DNA from: Eubacteriales bacterium
GTDB lineage: Bacteria; Bacillota; Clostridia; Lachnospirales; JAVBJQ01
DNA: 64,000 nucleotides
Direction of reading: 5' to 3'
Assembly (NCBI GenBank): GCA_031546905.1
Contig: JAVBJQ010000046.1
Location: 15,589 to 79,588, forward strand
In this document: positions 47,420 to 58,021 of the stretch, piece by piece
How the letters are laid out: the number at the start of each line of letters is the position of its first letter
Position numbering within the stretch: position 1 is the stretch's first letter
The notes under the pieces: generated by a model
What the model was told of the DNA's origin: nothing
What the model saw: the letters and a program-made list of their open reading frames with translations, nothing else
The model's database searches: none
Position numbers and translations under genes: made by a program

Positions 47420-48661
47420 GTGAATAGTAATTTTTTTATCAAAAACAGAGCAAATTTAACATCAAAATTAGAAGAAAATAGTATCTTGGTTTCTTTTGCA
47501 GGGCAAGCCGTGTTTAAAAGAGGAGATGAAAAATATCCATTTTCACCAGATCGAAACTTTTATTATTTAACAGGAATTGATAAGGAACAGCTTATTTTAT
47601 TAATTACAAAAAAGAATAATGAAGTAAAGGAAACATTATTTATAGAGAGAAGAAATGAACTTCTTGAAAAATGGGTCGGTAAAAAAATAAATACAGATGA
47701 AGCAAAAGAAATTTCTGGTATTAAAGAAATTAAATTTGTAGATGAGTTTTATAGTGAACTTGCAACGATATTATTTAATAATAGGTATGAAAATGTTTAT
47801 GCAGATTTAGAAAATAGAGAATGGCAAACTGCTTTATCCCCAGCAATCCAATTTGCAAATAGTGTAAAAGAAAAATATCCAGCAACTTCAATCAAAGACT
47901 TCTATCCAATTATTTCAGAATTAAGAACCATAAAATCTGAAGAAGAAATCGAACTGATGAGAAAAGCAATTTCAATTACCAAAGAGGGTGTTGAAGCAAT
48001 CCTTAAAAATACAAAACCAGATATGATGGAATATGAACTTGAAGCATATTTTGATTATACCTTAAAGAAGAACGGTACAGAAAGAGCATTTGAAACAATT
48101 GCCGCTTCTGGAGAAAATGCAACAACACTACATTATGTAGATAATAATAATCAGGCAAAAGACGGAGATTTAATTCTTTTTGACTTAGGTGCTGAATGGA
48201 AACATTACAAAGCAGACATTTCAAGAACATTCCCAGCCAATGGCAAATTTACAGAACGTCAAAAGCTTATTTATAATATTGTGTTAGAAGGTCAATTAGA
48301 AGTAATAAAAAATATTAAACCAAATGTTCCTTTTAAAAGCTTAAACGAAACATTAAAAAAATTCTATGAAAAAAAATTAATGGAGATTGGGTTAATAAAA
48401 TCTGCAGATGAGATTTCCAATTACTATTATCATGGCGTAAGTCATTATTTAGGCGCTGAAACCCATGATGTTGGCAGACACAACGAAGGTGACCTACAGG
48501 CAGGAATGGTTTTAACTGTTGAACCAGGACTTTATATAGCAGAAGAAAAAATAGGGATCAGAATTGAAGATGACGTTTTGGTTACAGAAAATGGCTGTGA
48601 AGTATTGTCAAAAGACATTATCAAAACAGTTTCAGAAATTGAAGACTTTATGAGAGGCTAG
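47420..48661 (+). CDS. Xaa-Pro aminopeptidase (M24B)
   Basis: Creatinase/prolidase N-domain plus the M24 metal ligands 'DLGAEW..YKADISRTF', 'HGVSHYLG', 'EPG' and 'IRIEDD'. Confidence 0.88.
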   Translation: MNSNFFIKNRANLTSKLEENSILVSFAGQAVFKRGDEKYPFSPDRNFYYLTGIDKEQLILLITKKNNEVKETLFIERRNELLEKWVGKKINTDEAKEISGIKEIKFVDEFYSELATILFNNRYENVYADLENREWQTALSPAIQFANSVKEKYPATSIKDFYPIISELRTIKSEEEIELMRKAISITKEGVEAILKNTKPDMMEYELEAYFDYTLKKNGTERAFETIAASGENATTLHYVDNNNQAKDGDLILFDLGAEWKHYKADISRTFPANGKFTERQKLIYNIVLEGQLEVIKNIKPNVPFKSLNETLKKFYEKKLMEIGLIKSADEISNYYYHGVSHYLGAETHDVGRHNEGDLQAGMVLTVEPGLYIAEEKIGIRIEDDVLVTENGCEVLSKDIIKTVSEIEDFMRG

Positions 48662-48669
48662 TGTTTTGA

Positions 48670-49404
48670 TTGGCAGAAAAACAAATGGAAACAGAACTTT
48701 ATGAGCCTATCAAAAAAGAGCTACTGAACAATGGTTTCACTGTAAGAAGTGAAGTAAGAAATTGCGATATTACAGCATTAAAAGAAGATATGCTTGTAAT
48801 CATTGAATTAAAAATAGCCATGAATTTAACCCTAATTATGCAGGCAATGGAAAGACAAAAGGTAACTCCTTTTGTCTATATTGCTGTCCCAAGACCAAAA
48901 AGAGCCAATGAAAAAAAGTTTGCGGTTTTAAAACAAATGCTAAAAAAGTTAGATATTGGGTTAATTACAGTAGCGTTGGACAGTCGTTTGAAATTAGTTG
49001 AATTTTTACTTCATCCAGTTGGAACTAACAATCCAAAAAAAAAACAGGAAAAAGATAGAATCATAAAAGAACATGAAAGTCGTTCAAAAGATTATAACAA
49101 AGGCGGAACCACAAGGAAAAAAATCATAACTTCCTATAGAGAAAACGCCATACATATTGCTTGTTGTTTGGAAGCAAATGGAGTATTAAAAATAATCCAG
49201 TTAAAAAAACTAGGATGTACAAGCAAAACAGCTCAAATTTTGCGAGATAATGTGTATAATTGGTTTGACAAAGTTGACAGAGGTACATATTGTTTAAATG
49301 AAGACGGGAAAAAAGCCATCTATTCAGATGACTTTTTAAAAATCGCTAATTATTATAGACAATTGCCTTTGTTAGTTGAAGAAATAGAAGTAACGAATAA
49401 ATAA
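48670..49404 (+). CDS. Hypothetical protein with an N-terminal PD-(D/E)xK-like motif
   Basis: 'E..(R)NCDITAL-x8-VIIELK' matches the D...ExK nuclease-fold spacing, with a basic C-terminal half. The start is uncertain (TTG at 48670 or ATG at 48685). Confidence 0.5.
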   Translation: MAEKQMETELYEPIKKELLNNGFTVRSEVRNCDITALKEDMLVIIELKIAMNLTLIMQAMERQKVTPFVYIAVPRPKRANEKKFAVLKQMLKKLDIGLITVALDSRLKLVEFLLHPVGTNNPKKKQEKDRIIKEHESRSKDYNKGGTTRKKIITSYRENAIHIACCLEANGVLKIIQLKKLGCTSKTAQILRDNVYNWFDKVDRGTYCLNEDGKKAIYSDDFLKIANYYRQLPLLVEEIEVTNK

Positions 49405-49443
49405 ATAAAATAAAGTTAATACTTTAAAAAAGGAGTTGACTTT

Positions 49444-49632
49444 ATGGCTGAAAAAAATAAAAAAGTTAAAGTGCCTACAGAAAACGATGTATTAAAATAC
49501 GAAATTGCAGAAGAACTAGGTTTAATGGATAAGGTAAATACAACTGGTTGGAAGTCGCTTACGGCAAAGGAAAGTGGCAAAATCGGAGGTATCATGACGA
49601 AAAGAAAACGAGAAAAAGAAAATAAACAATAG
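49444..49632 (+). CDS. Alpha/beta-type small acid-soluble spore protein (divergent)
   Basis: 'KYEIAEELGL' and 'SGKIGGIMTKR' match the two conserved SASP blocks. RBS AAGGAG. Confidence 0.75.
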   Translation: MAEKNKKVKVPTENDVLKYEIAEELGLMDKVNTTGWKSLTAKESGKIGGIMTKRKREKENKQ

Positions 49633-49655
49633 ATCTATAGTACGTATTTTATAGG

Positions 49656-49680
49656 AAAGAGGGGACGCCCTCTTTTTTTC
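49656..49680 (+). terminator. Rho-independent terminator
   Basis: AAAGAGGG-GACG-CCCTCTTT followed by TTTT. Confidence 0.8.
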
Positions 49681-49709
49681 AGTGGTGAACTTTCAAACAC
49701 ACTATCGTA

Positions 49710-50135
49710 TTAAGCTGGTATTTTGGAAAAAATTAAAGGCAGTGTACGTGGTGTAATATCATGAATGCCCAATACTTTACAAGCTTTTTCTACTTTTTCA
49801 ATTCTAATATCATAAATATAAGAAATATCTTTTGGGGTATAAATATATGGCGTTCCGCATTCCAGTTCTCTTTTAAAAAGTCTACAGATATTGCTACTTC
49901 CATTTTTCATAATAATAAAAAATGTAATTGGATTTATTTCGTCAATACGTTCCTGTCTCATAATATTTTTTATTTCTTCCTCTGTTATGTAGAGTATGTT
50001 GGCTATTTTCGATATATGAATAGGTAAATCTACACTTTTTAAAAAAACATCAATTTCTTTAAGCTTTGGAGCAATATTAAATTCATAAGTTTCTAAAAAA
50101 TTTTTTGGACTTCTTAATTCTATATTAAGACCCAT
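49710..50135 (-). CDS. Hypothetical protein with a possible HTH segment
   Basis: 141 aa; 'ISKIANILYITEEEIKNIM' resembles an excisionase/MerR-type HTH. The family is unrecognised. Confidence 0.45.
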   Translation of the reverse strand: MGLNIELRSPKNFLETYEFNIAPKLKEIDVFLKSVDLPIHISKIANILYITEEEIKNIMRQERIDEINPITFFIIMKNGSSNICRLFKRELECGTPYIYTPKDISYIYDIRIEKVEKACKVLGIHDITPRTLPLIFSKIPA

Positions 50136-50284
50136 TTTAAAAATCCCCCTTGGTAGTATAAATAATTTTATTAAATTAAAAGTTCGCTATAAGCACTACA
50201 ATAACAATATTATATCAAATTTAATTTTAAATTCTAGTTGAAATAGTTGGTATAATTAGCTGATTTTATTAAATATACATAGAA

Positions 50285-50818
50285 ATGAGATTTTTTATGA
50301 ACATCATACAAAAATATTTTGTTTATCGCCAAAGTTTGATTGACCAATATGTTCAAGGTGATATGACAAAAAATGAATATTTAAGGCTAAATTTTGAAGC
50401 AGTACAAAATCTTTCAATAGAACCGTTTCAAAATATAAATTCTATTGAGAAAGCATTGTATAATTATCATTATTATAATGCTCATGCCAAAAATATGAAA
50501 ATGCAAAGCAATAATACATGGTTACATTATGAACAAAAGCGAGAACTGCTTGACCAAGTAAGTCATTACTATTATAAAAAAGATAGTGCAACCCTTGCTG
50601 TTTTAAGATTATTAGATTATCAAGGTGTGTCAGCTTATTTTATTAAAGTGAAATCAAGCTATTTAAAAGGAAAACTTTTTGAAATGGTAATTCAAGAATA
50701 TAAAATGATTCTTCATTCCCCTAGCAAAGTTATTTTAAATAAATTAAGAGAAGCAGGTATTTTTTCAGAAGAAACAAAAACTTCGTTAATTGATATGTAT
50801 ATTAATCAAAAGTATTAG
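50285..50818 (+). CDS. Hypothetical protein (177 aa)
   Basis: Long ORF divergent from the previous gene, with no recognisable motif. The start could be the ATG at 50297. Confidence 0.45.
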   Translation: MRFFMNIIQKYFVYRQSLIDQYVQGDMTKNEYLRLNFEAVQNLSIEPFQNINSIEKALYNYHYYNAHAKNMKMQSNNTWLHYEQKRELLDQVSHYYYKKDSATLAVLRLLDYQGVSAYFIKVKSSYLKGKLFEMVIQEYKMILHSPSKVILNKLREAGIFSEETKTSLIDMYINQKY

Positions 50819-50925
50819 TAGTTTGTAAATTTCAAATTAAATCATAAATAGGAAAAATATTAGCAATTGATTTAAGCATATTTTCGTCTCACCTGAACAT
50901 AATATTAACATGGAGGTGATACAAA

Positions 50926-51144
50926 ATGTCAAGCAGAAATAGAAAAGCAGTTCCAGAAGCGTTAGCAGCATTACAACAATTTAAGTTTGAGGTTGCAAAT
51001 GAAATTGGCGTTCCATTAAAACACGGCTACAACGGAGATTTAACTTCAGCTCAAAACGGATATGTTGGCGGCTATATGGTTAAAAAAATGATTGAAGCTC
51101 AAGAACGTCAAATGGCACAAGGAAATCAAACTACCAATCAATAA
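50926..51144 (+). CDS. Alpha/beta-type small acid-soluble spore protein
   Basis: 'LQQFKFEVANEIGV' and 'TSAQNGYVGGYMVKKMIE' are canonical SASP blocks. RBS GGAGGTG. Confidence 0.9.
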   Translation: MSSRNRKAVPEALAALQQFKFEVANEIGVPLKHGYNGDLTSAQNGYVGGYMVKKMIEAQERQMAQGNQTTNQ

Positions 51145-51192
51145 TATAAATTTTGCAAAAATATTTTGCATAAATTTTTAAATATAAAAATA

Positions 51193-51250
51193 GGGTTACC
51201 AAATAAAATTAATTTTAAAAAATTAATAAATTTATTTGGTAACCTTTTTA
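51193..51250 (+). terminator. Rho-independent terminator
   Basis: GGTTACCAAATAAA / TTTATTTGGTAACC stem followed by TTTTT. Confidence 0.8.
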
Positions 51251-51442
51251 TTTGTTGGTCTACATAAATGTTGAGTGTACTCAAAAAATAAATTTGTGGT
51301 AAAAATTGCAATTGGCTCTTCCAGCAAAAATGCTAGACTTATTCTTGGCAAGATGAGGCTATTTGAATGATGGAAGCGCTGGATATTTTGATATACTATA
51401 ATTATTTCGGTTTTTCATATAACCAATTTGTCTACAATAGAA

Positions 51443-51477
51443 GGCTATCAAATTTTAATATTTGGTAGCCGTTTTTT
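51443..51477 (+). terminator. Orphan intrinsic terminator in an ORF-free intergenic region
   Basis: GGCTATCAAAT / ATTTGGTAGCC stem followed by GTTTTTT. No ORF ends nearby. Confidence 0.5.
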
Positions 51478-51606
51478 AATTTCATAGTATAATGATGCTG
51501 AGAATGATCACTGCTTGCAAATTGAGTTTCAATTATTGAAAGTAAAATTGCGATAAGTTATAAATAAATAAAAATTGGTAATAGTATACTATTATGGGGT
51601 GATGGG

Positions 51607-51888
51607 ATGATTATTGGAACTTGTAAAGTATATATGAGTGCAAATTGGGTATATTCTTTAAAAGAGAAACGAATGGTTCTCAAAAGTATTATTGACAAAA
51701 TAAAAAATAAATTTAATGTAAGTATAGCTGAGGTTGAAAATCAAGATATACATAAATCAATTGTAATAGGCTTTGCTTGTGTTACCAATGAAACCAGTCA
51801 TGCAAATAGTATTATTGATCACGTGATTAATTTTATTGAAAATAATTGTGATGCCACGATAGAAGATATAATTATTGAAATTTTGTGA
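51607..51888 (+). CDS. DUF503 (YlxP-like) family protein
   Basis: 93 aa; the 'SLKEKRMVLKSIIDKIKNKFNVSIAEVENQD' pattern is typical of DUF503. Confidence 0.7.
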   Translation: MIIGTCKVYMSANWVYSLKEKRMVLKSIIDKIKNKFNVSIAEVENQDIHKSIVIGFACVTNETSHANSIIDHVINFIENNCDATIEDIIIEIL

Positions 51889-51996
51889 GAAAAATATGGA
51901 AATAAAATGGATGCTATGTTATAATAGCTGGAATGTGATTTAATAAAATATTTGTGGGAAAATTTTCCCACAGTTGCTATTTATAAGGAGGATATA

Positions 51997-53307
51997 ATGA
52001 GTACAAAAGTTGAGAAAATGGATAATAATATTGTAAAAATTACAATGGAAATTGATGCGGTGAAATTTGAAGAAGGCATGAAACATTCATACAATAAAAA
52101 TAAAGCATACATTAATATTCAAGGTTTTAGAAAAGGGAAAGCACCTAGAAAATTAATTGAAATACAATATGGTAAAGAAGTTTTTTATGAAGATGCAGTT
52201 AATTTTGTTCTTCCTTCTGTATATGAAAGTGTTGTAACTGAAAATAATTTAGATGTAGTTTCAAGACCTTCTATTAGCGTGGAAGAAGTGAATGAAAACG
52301 GTGCCATAATTATTGCAGAAGTTACAGTGAAACCAGAAGTAAAAGTTTCAAATTACAAAGGTATTCAATATCTTAAACAAAACATAGCAGTTACAGAAGT
52401 AGAAATTTCTGATGAAATTAAAAAAGTGCAAGAAAAAAATTCAAGATTAGTTACAGTTACAGACAGAGCAATTCAAAACGATGACATCGTTACAATTGAC
52501 TTTAAAGGTTTTATGGATGGAGTTCCTTTTGATGGTGGCGAAGGCAAAGACTACGAATTAACCATCGGAACACATACTTTTATTGACACTTTTGAAGAAC
52601 AATTAGTAGGTCATCACGTTGGCGACGACATGGAAGTAAATGTTAATTTCCCAGAAAACTACGGAAAAGAAGAATTATCTGGTAAACCAGCACTCTTCCA
52701 AGTAGAAATTAAAGACATTAAAGTAAAAGAACTTCCAGAATTAAATGATGATTTTGCACAAGATGTTTCTGAATTTGATACATTAGATGAATATAAAAAT
52801 AGTATTAAGGAAAGACTGTTAGAGCAAAAATCTCATAAAGCAGAACATGACACAGAAGATTTAGTGCTTAAAACAGCAATTGAAAGAACAGAAATGAATG
52901 TTCCAAATGTAATGATTGAAAACCAAATGGAACAATTGCTTGAAGATTTTTACAACAGACTTAAAATGCAAGGGTTGTCTCCAGAATTATTTATTAAATA
53001 CAGTGGACAATCAATTGACGAGTTAAAAGAATCTTTTAGAGAACCAGCAACAAACAATGTAAAAGGCAGACTTGTTTTAGAAGCCATTGCAAAACAAGAA
53101 AACTTTGATGTAGCAGATGAAGAAATTAACGAAGAAATCGTTAAAATTGGAAAGAACTACGGCATTGATGCTGAAAAAATGAAAGAGCTTACAAAACCAG
53201 AAGATAGAAAAAGCATCAGCGGAGATCTTCAAGTTCAAAAAGCTCTTAAATTCTTAGTTGAAAATGGCATTGCTGTTGATAAAATGGAAGAGGTTATTGT
53301 TAGTTAA
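51997..53307 (+). CDS. tig: Trigger factor
   Basis: Ribosome-binding 'GFRKGKAPR', an FKBP-type PPIase middle domain, and synteny with clpP-clpX. ATG at 51997 follows AAGGAGG. Confidence 0.93.
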   Translation: MSTKVEKMDNNIVKITMEIDAVKFEEGMKHSYNKNKAYINIQGFRKGKAPRKLIEIQYGKEVFYEDAVNFVLPSVYESVVTENNLDVVSRPSISVEEVNENGAIIIAEVTVKPEVKVSNYKGIQYLKQNIAVTEVEISDEIKKVQEKNSRLVTVTDRAIQNDDIVTIDFKGFMDGVPFDGGEGKDYELTIGTHTFIDTFEEQLVGHHVGDDMEVNVNFPENYGKEELSGKPALFQVEIKDIKVKELPELNDDFAQDVSEFDTLDEYKNSIKERLLEQKSHKAEHDTEDLVLKTAIERTEMNVPNVMIENQMEQLLEDFYNRLKMQGLSPELFIKYSGQSIDELKESFREPATNNVKGRLVLEAIAKQENFDVADEEINEEIVKIGKNYGIDAEKMKELTKPEDRKSISGDLQVQKALKFLVENGIAVDKMEEVIVS

Positions 53308-53323
53308 TTAGGAGGTGTTTTTC

Positions 53324-53908
53324 ATGAGTTTAGTCCCTTATGTAGTTGAACAAACAAATAGAGGCGAACGTTCCTACGATATTTATTCAAGACTTTTAAA
53401 GGATAGAATTATATTTTTAGGCGAAGAAGTAAATGATGTTACCGCTAGCTTAGTAGTGGCACAATTGCTTTTTTTAGAAGCAGAAGACCCAGATAAAGAC
53501 ATTAACTTATACATAAACAGCCCCGGTGGTTCTGTTTCCGCTGGTTTTGCTATTTATGATACGATGCAGTTTATTAAACCTGATGTTTCAACTATTTGTA
53601 TCGGTTTAGCGGCAAGTATGGGTGCATTTTTACTTTCAGGCGGAAAAAAAGGCAAAAGATTTGCTTTGCCTAATGCTGAAATTATGATTCATCAACCACT
53701 TGGTGGTGCTAAAGGTCAAGCAACAGATATTCAAATTCAAGCAGAACAAATTCTTAAAATTAAGAAAAAGTTAAACGATATACTTGCTGAAAATACAGGC
53801 AGACCACTTAGTGAAATTCAAAAAGATGTGGAAAGAGATTTTTATATGTCTGCTGAAGAAGCAAAAGCATATGGATTGATTGATTCTGTGATTTCAAGAA
53901 ATAAATAA
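53324..53908 (+). CDS. clpP: ATP-dependent Clp protease proteolytic subunit
   Basis: Catalytic-triad context '[11 protein letters not shown]', 'IMIHQPLGG' and '[17 protein letters not shown]'. ATG at 53324 follows GGAGGTG. Confidence 0.97.
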   Translation: MSLVPYVVEQTNRGERSYDIYSRLLKDRIIFLGEEVNDVTASLVVAQLLFLEAEDPDKDINLYINSPGGSVSAGFAIYDTMQFIKPDVSTICIGLAASMGAFLLSGGKKGKRFALPNAEIMIHQPLGGAKGQATDIQIQAEQILKIKKKLNDILAENTGRPLSEIQKDVERDFYMSAEEAKAYGLIDSVISRNK

Positions 53909-53938
53909 ACCTGCTTAGTACAAGAAGGAGTTGAATAA

Positions 53939-55228
53939 ATGGCGGGTAAAGAAGAAAAAAAACAACTTAAATGTTCTTTTTGCGGGAAACCTCAAGAACA
54001 AGTTAGAAAAATTATAGCCGGACCCAATGTTTATATTTGTGATGAATGTATAGACCTTTGTTCTGAAATTATGGGCGAAGATTATGACGATGTGGTTGAG
54101 CAAAATGAAGAATTTAGAATTCCTAAGCCTAGTGAAATATGCAAAATATTGGACGAATATGTTGTAGGGCAAGATGACGCTAAAAAAGCGTTGGCTGTTG
54201 CAGTGTACAACCATTATAAACGTATTATGCTTAATGACGGCAACGATGATGTTGAACTTCAAAAAAGCAATATTTTACTGGTAGGACCTACAGGTGTCGG
54301 AAAAACATTCCTTGCCCAAACGTTAGCAAGACTTTTAAACGTTCCTTTTGCTATTGCAGATGCTACCTCTTTAACAGAAGCTGGTTATGTTGGTGAAGAT
54401 GTTGAAAATATATTATTAAAATTAATTCAAGCGGCTGATTTTAACATTGAAGTTGCAGAACGTGGAATTATTTATATCGATGAAATTGATAAGATTTCAA
54501 GGAAATCAGATAATCCTTCTATTACAAGAGATGTAAGCGGAGAAGGTGTTCAAAAGGCACTTTTGAAAATTTTGGAAGGTACGGTTGCTTCTGTTCCTCC
54601 ACAAGGCGGAAGAAAACATCCACACCAAGAGTTTCTTCAAATCGACACTACTAATATTTTGTTTATTTGTGGTGGTGCATTTGCTGGAATTGACAAAGTT
54701 ATTCAGAATAGAGTTGGTGAAAAAGTGATTGGCTATGGTGCTAAAATTCAAACCAAACAAGAAAAAATGGCAAATGAACTTTTGAAAAGCTTGTTGCCAC
54801 AAGATTTACTTAAATATGGTTTGATTCCTGAATTTGTAGGGCGTGTACCAGTCCTTGTTACCCTTGATAGTTTGAATGAAGAGTCTATGGTGAAGATTTT
54901 GACAGAACCAAGAAACGCTTTAACCAAACAATATCAATATTTGTTTGAACTTGACAATGTTTTATTGGAGTTTGAACAAGATGCTTTATTAGAAATTGCC
55001 AAGCTTGCGATTACTCGTGAGACTGGTGCAAGAGGGCTTAGAGCTATTATTGAAGGATTTATGACGGATATTATGTATCAGATTCCTTCTGATGAAACCA
55101 TTGAGAAGTGTATCATCACAAAAGATACCGTTATTAATAAAACGCCACCAACGTTTGTTATCAATGAAAATAGACAGCCAATTAGAAGAATCAAAAAGAA
55201 AAAAGTAAGAAGAACCTCTGCATCATAA
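53939..55228 (+). CDS. clpX: ATP-dependent Clp protease ATP-binding subunit ClpX
   Basis: N-terminal zinc finger 'CSFCGK...CDECI', Walker A 'GPTGVGKT', '[10 protein letters not shown]'. Confidence 0.97.
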   Translation: MAGKEEKKQLKCSFCGKPQEQVRKIIAGPNVYICDECIDLCSEIMGEDYDDVVEQNEEFRIPKPSEICKILDEYVVGQDDAKKALAVAVYNHYKRIMLNDGNDDVELQKSNILLVGPTGVGKTFLAQTLARLLNVPFAIADATSLTEAGYVGEDVENILLKLIQAADFNIEVAERGIIYIDEIDKISRKSDNPSITRDVSGEGVQKALLKILEGTVASVPPQGGRKHPHQEFLQIDTTNILFICGGAFAGIDKVIQNRVGEKVIGYGAKIQTKQEKMANELLKSLLPQDLLKYGLIPEFVGRVPVLVTLDSLNEESMVKILTEPRNALTKQYQYLFELDNVLLEFEQDALLEIAKLAITRETGARGLRAIIEGFMTDIMYQIPSDETIEKCIITKDTVINKTPPTFVINENRQPIRRIKKKKVRRTSAS

Positions 55229-55253
55229 TAAATAGTTGTACAATATAAATTAT

Positions 55254-55280
55254 GGGGCTGTTCCAAATGGAACAGCCCCT
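55254..55280 (+). terminator. Hairpin terminator after clpX
   Basis: GGGGCTGTTCC-AAAT-GGAACAGCCCC perfect 11-bp stem. The T-tract is weak. Confidence 0.6.
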
Positions 55281-55287
55281 ATGTCTT

Positions 55288-56082
55288 ATGAAGAAGGTGA
55301 AAAAAATAGAAACGTATAAAAGTTTTGCAAGGGTATATGATTTATTTATGGCAGAGACACCATATGAAGAATGGGTTTGTTACATAGAAGAAATTTTTAA
55401 AAAAGAAAAATTTTCTCCCGAGTTAATAGCAGAGCTCGGCTGTGGCACGGGGACAATCACAACCCAATTAGCAAAAAAAGGTTATAGCCTCATTGGAATT
55501 GATATTTCAGAAGAAATGCTTTTGGAAGCGAGAGAAAAGGCAGAGGAAAACAAACTAGATATTTTATATTTGAATCAAGACATGACGGAGTTTGAACTTT
55601 ATGGAACGGTAGATTGTGTCATTAGTTTATGTGATAGTGTTAATTATATTTTAGAGGAAGACGACCTTTTAAAAGTTTTCAAACTGGCCAATAATTATTT
55701 GAACCCCAACGGGCTTTTTATTTTTGATATCAATACAATTTACAAATTTGAAAACATTTTAGGGAGTAATAGTTTTTCGGAAGTAACAGAGGATGCTAGT
55801 TATATTTGGGAAAATTATTATGACAAAGAAGAAATGATCAATGAGTTTTATACAAACTTTTTTATAAAAGATGAGAAATCAACGCTTTATGAGCGTTTTG
55901 AAGAATATCATTACGAAAAGGCATACACAATAGATAGTATTAAAGAGCTTTTGTTAAAAGTAAACTTTGAAATTTGTGGTGTATATGATGCTTTTTCATT
56001 TAATGAGCCACAAGAAAATTCCGAAAGAATATATTTTGTAGCAAAAGAAATTTCAAAAAACAAGGAGATTAACAATGAGTGA
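55288..56082 (+). CDS. Class I SAM-dependent methyltransferase
   Basis: Motif I 'ELGCGTGTIT' and the acidic 'GIDISEEM'. The start is placed after the clpX hairpin; the track start 55252 lies inside the hairpin. Confidence 0.8.
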   Translation: MKKVKKIETYKSFARVYDLFMAETPYEEWVCYIEEIFKKEKFSPELIAELGCGTGTITTQLAKKGYSLIGIDISEEMLLEAREKAEENKLDILYLNQDMTEFELYGTVDCVISLCDSVNYILEEDDLLKVFKLANNYLNPNGLFIFDINTIYKFENILGSNSFSEVTEDASYIWENYYDKEEMINEFYTNFFIKDEKSTLYERFEEYHYEKAYTIDSIKELLLKVNFEICGVYDAFSFNEPQENSERIYFVAKEISKNKEINNE

Positions 56083-56956
56083 TTATATTTTAAGGGCAAT
56101 TGCTGCTGACGGTGGCATAAGAGCTTTTTTTGCCAATACAAAAGAAATGGTTCAAGAGGCTTTTGAAATTCATAAAACAAGTCCTGTTGTCTCGGCAGCG
56201 TTAGGACGGACATTGACTGCTGCTGCAATTATGGGTTCAATGTTAAAAAGTGAAAGTGATATTATTACCATTTCTATTCGTGGTGATGGCCCCATTGGTG
56301 GAATTACAGTTACTGCTGATAGTAAGGCACGGGTAAAAGGGTATGTTTTTAATAGTATGGTGGATATTCCGTTAAAAGCCAATGGAAAGTTGGATGTATC
56401 AACTGCCTTAGGGGAAGGGAATATGAATATTATCAAAGATATTGGATTAAAAGATCCTTATGTTGGTCAAATCCCATTGGTTTCAGGTGAAATTGCAGAA
56501 GACTTGACGTATTATTATGCGAAATCGGAACAAGTTCCTTCTTCTATTGCATTAGGTGTTCTGGTAGATGTTGATTATTCCATCAAACAATCAGGCGGTT
56601 TTTTTATACAATTAATGCCTGACGCTGATATTGATATTGAAATGCTAGAAAAGAATATTGCAAAATTACCGCCGATTACAACTTTACTGGAAGAGGGAAA
56701 AACTGGAGAAGAAATTTTGGAGATGGTGCTTTCAGGATATGATGTAAAAATTTTAGAGAAAATTGAAACAGCATATTACTGCAATTGTAGCCGTGAAAGA
56801 GTGGAAAAAGCTTTAATTAGTATTGGCTTACTAGATTTAAATCAAATTTTAAAAGAAGATAAAAAAGCAAACTTACATTGCCATTTTTGCAATAAAGAAT
56901 ATTTGTTTGATGAAAATGATTTAAGCACTATTATTGAATCATTATATACGGAGTAA
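56075..56956 (+). CDS. hslO: Redox-regulated chaperone Hsp33
   Basis: Hsp33 fold with the C-terminal zinc centre 'CNCS...CHFC'. Confidence 0.9.
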   Translation: MSDYILRAIAADGGIRAFFANTKEMVQEAFEIHKTSPVVSAALGRTLTAAAIMGSMLKSESDIITISIRGDGPIGGITVTADSKARVKGYVFNSMVDIPLKANGKLDVSTALGEGNMNIIKDIGLKDPYVGQIPLVSGEIAEDLTYYYAKSEQVPSSIALGVLVDVDYSIKQSGGFFIQLMPDADIDIEMLEKNIAKLPPITTLLEEGKTGEEILEMVLSGYDVKILEKIETAYYCNCSRERVEKALISIGLLDLNQILKEDKKANLHCHFCNKEYLFDENDLSTIIESLYTE

Positions 56957-57067
56957 GATAATAATCTGGCTTAGGATAGTATGAAGCATAAAATAAATGG
57001 GTACAATGTAACAAATATTTCATGTGTGCATATATTTAATTACTTATGATTTTCAAGGAGTGGTGAA

Positions 57068-57898
57068 GTGAAGATTCTAACAATTTATTCAAAAGGTTAT
57101 ATAGAACATTTGGTAAAGCTTTTATCAGATATAAATAAAAGCTTTACCAATAGTGGAATCTTCGTATTAGAAAAAAAGTTTTATCAAGATACAACAATTC
57201 TTAAAATAGAAAAACTAGATGAAGATGCGGATATAGAAGGCAAAATTGCTGAAGCTATATTGTATATTATAAAAAACCATTTTTCTGTATTATTCTTGAG
57301 AAGCATTCTAGTAAAAAAATATGATATGAATCACCATGAGCAAATCAATCAAGTGATTAAAATTTCAAAAGAGAAACAAATTTTAGAGATGGTGTTTAAT
57401 GAGGATGAAATTGTAAGTGAGTTAAAACAAATTCTGATGGATACATCTGAAATCAACATTGAAGGTTTTATAAACTTTAGATTAAAAGAAAGCCTCAAAA
57501 TTTTAGAAACACTTTTTTCAATCGAAGTAATTGAATATTTAAAGTATCAGGAATATGAAAGTTTTATAAATCTTTTAAAATTTTATGTTAAATCCCAAAG
57601 TGCCAGTGAAGATACGGTTCATATTATCGGCAATGAAAATAAGAGCTACCAATTTTTTGATAAAAACGAAAAAGACATAACAAAAAATGCAATCAGTAAT
57701 TTTATAGATGAAATGTCTTCGAATAATTATGATTATGATGACATACTTGTAAATTATTTAATAACACTTTTGCCAGAAAAAATTGTAATTCATCAAGAAG
57801 ATAGTATGCAAAATAGAAATGTTTTGCATACTATTAGGAAAGTGTTTCAGGAAAGAGTTTCGGTTTGCAATGACTGTCATTTGTGTAAGCATAAATAA
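57068..57898 (+). CDS. Hypothetical protein, possibly YtxC-like sporulation protein
   Basis: 276 aa; 'IEGFINFRLKE' resembles the YtxC-like family signature as I remember it. Weak call. Confidence 0.4.
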   Translation: MKILTIYSKGYIEHLVKLLSDINKSFTNSGIFVLEKKFYQDTTILKIEKLDEDADIEGKIAEAILYIIKNHFSVLFLRSILVKKYDMNHHEQINQVIKISKEKQILEMVFNEDEIVSELKQILMDTSEINIEGFINFRLKESLKILETLFSIEVIEYLKYQEYESFINLLKFYVKSQSASEDTVHIIGNENKSYQFFDKNEKDITKNAISNFIDEMSSNNYDYDDILVNYLITLLPEKIVIHQEDSMQNRNVLHTIRKVFQERVSVCNDCHLCKHK

Positions 57899-57943
57899 AT
57901 GTTATGACAAAAATACGGATAAATGATACAATGGCGCTAGGAG

Positions 57944-57994
57944 AAATCCCCAATGACTGAAAGGAAACCTCCTTTCATCATTGGGGATTTTATT
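57944..57994 (+). terminator. Rho-independent terminator
   Basis: Long stem AAATCCCCAATGA...TCATTGGGGATTT followed by T residues. Confidence 0.8.
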
Positions 57995-58021
57995 TAAAAA
58001 AATAGATAGGATGTGTGAAGG

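Noticed and set aside
53915-54262. 115-aa minus-strand ORF
   Set aside because: It is antisense to the clpX 5' region, so it is spurious.
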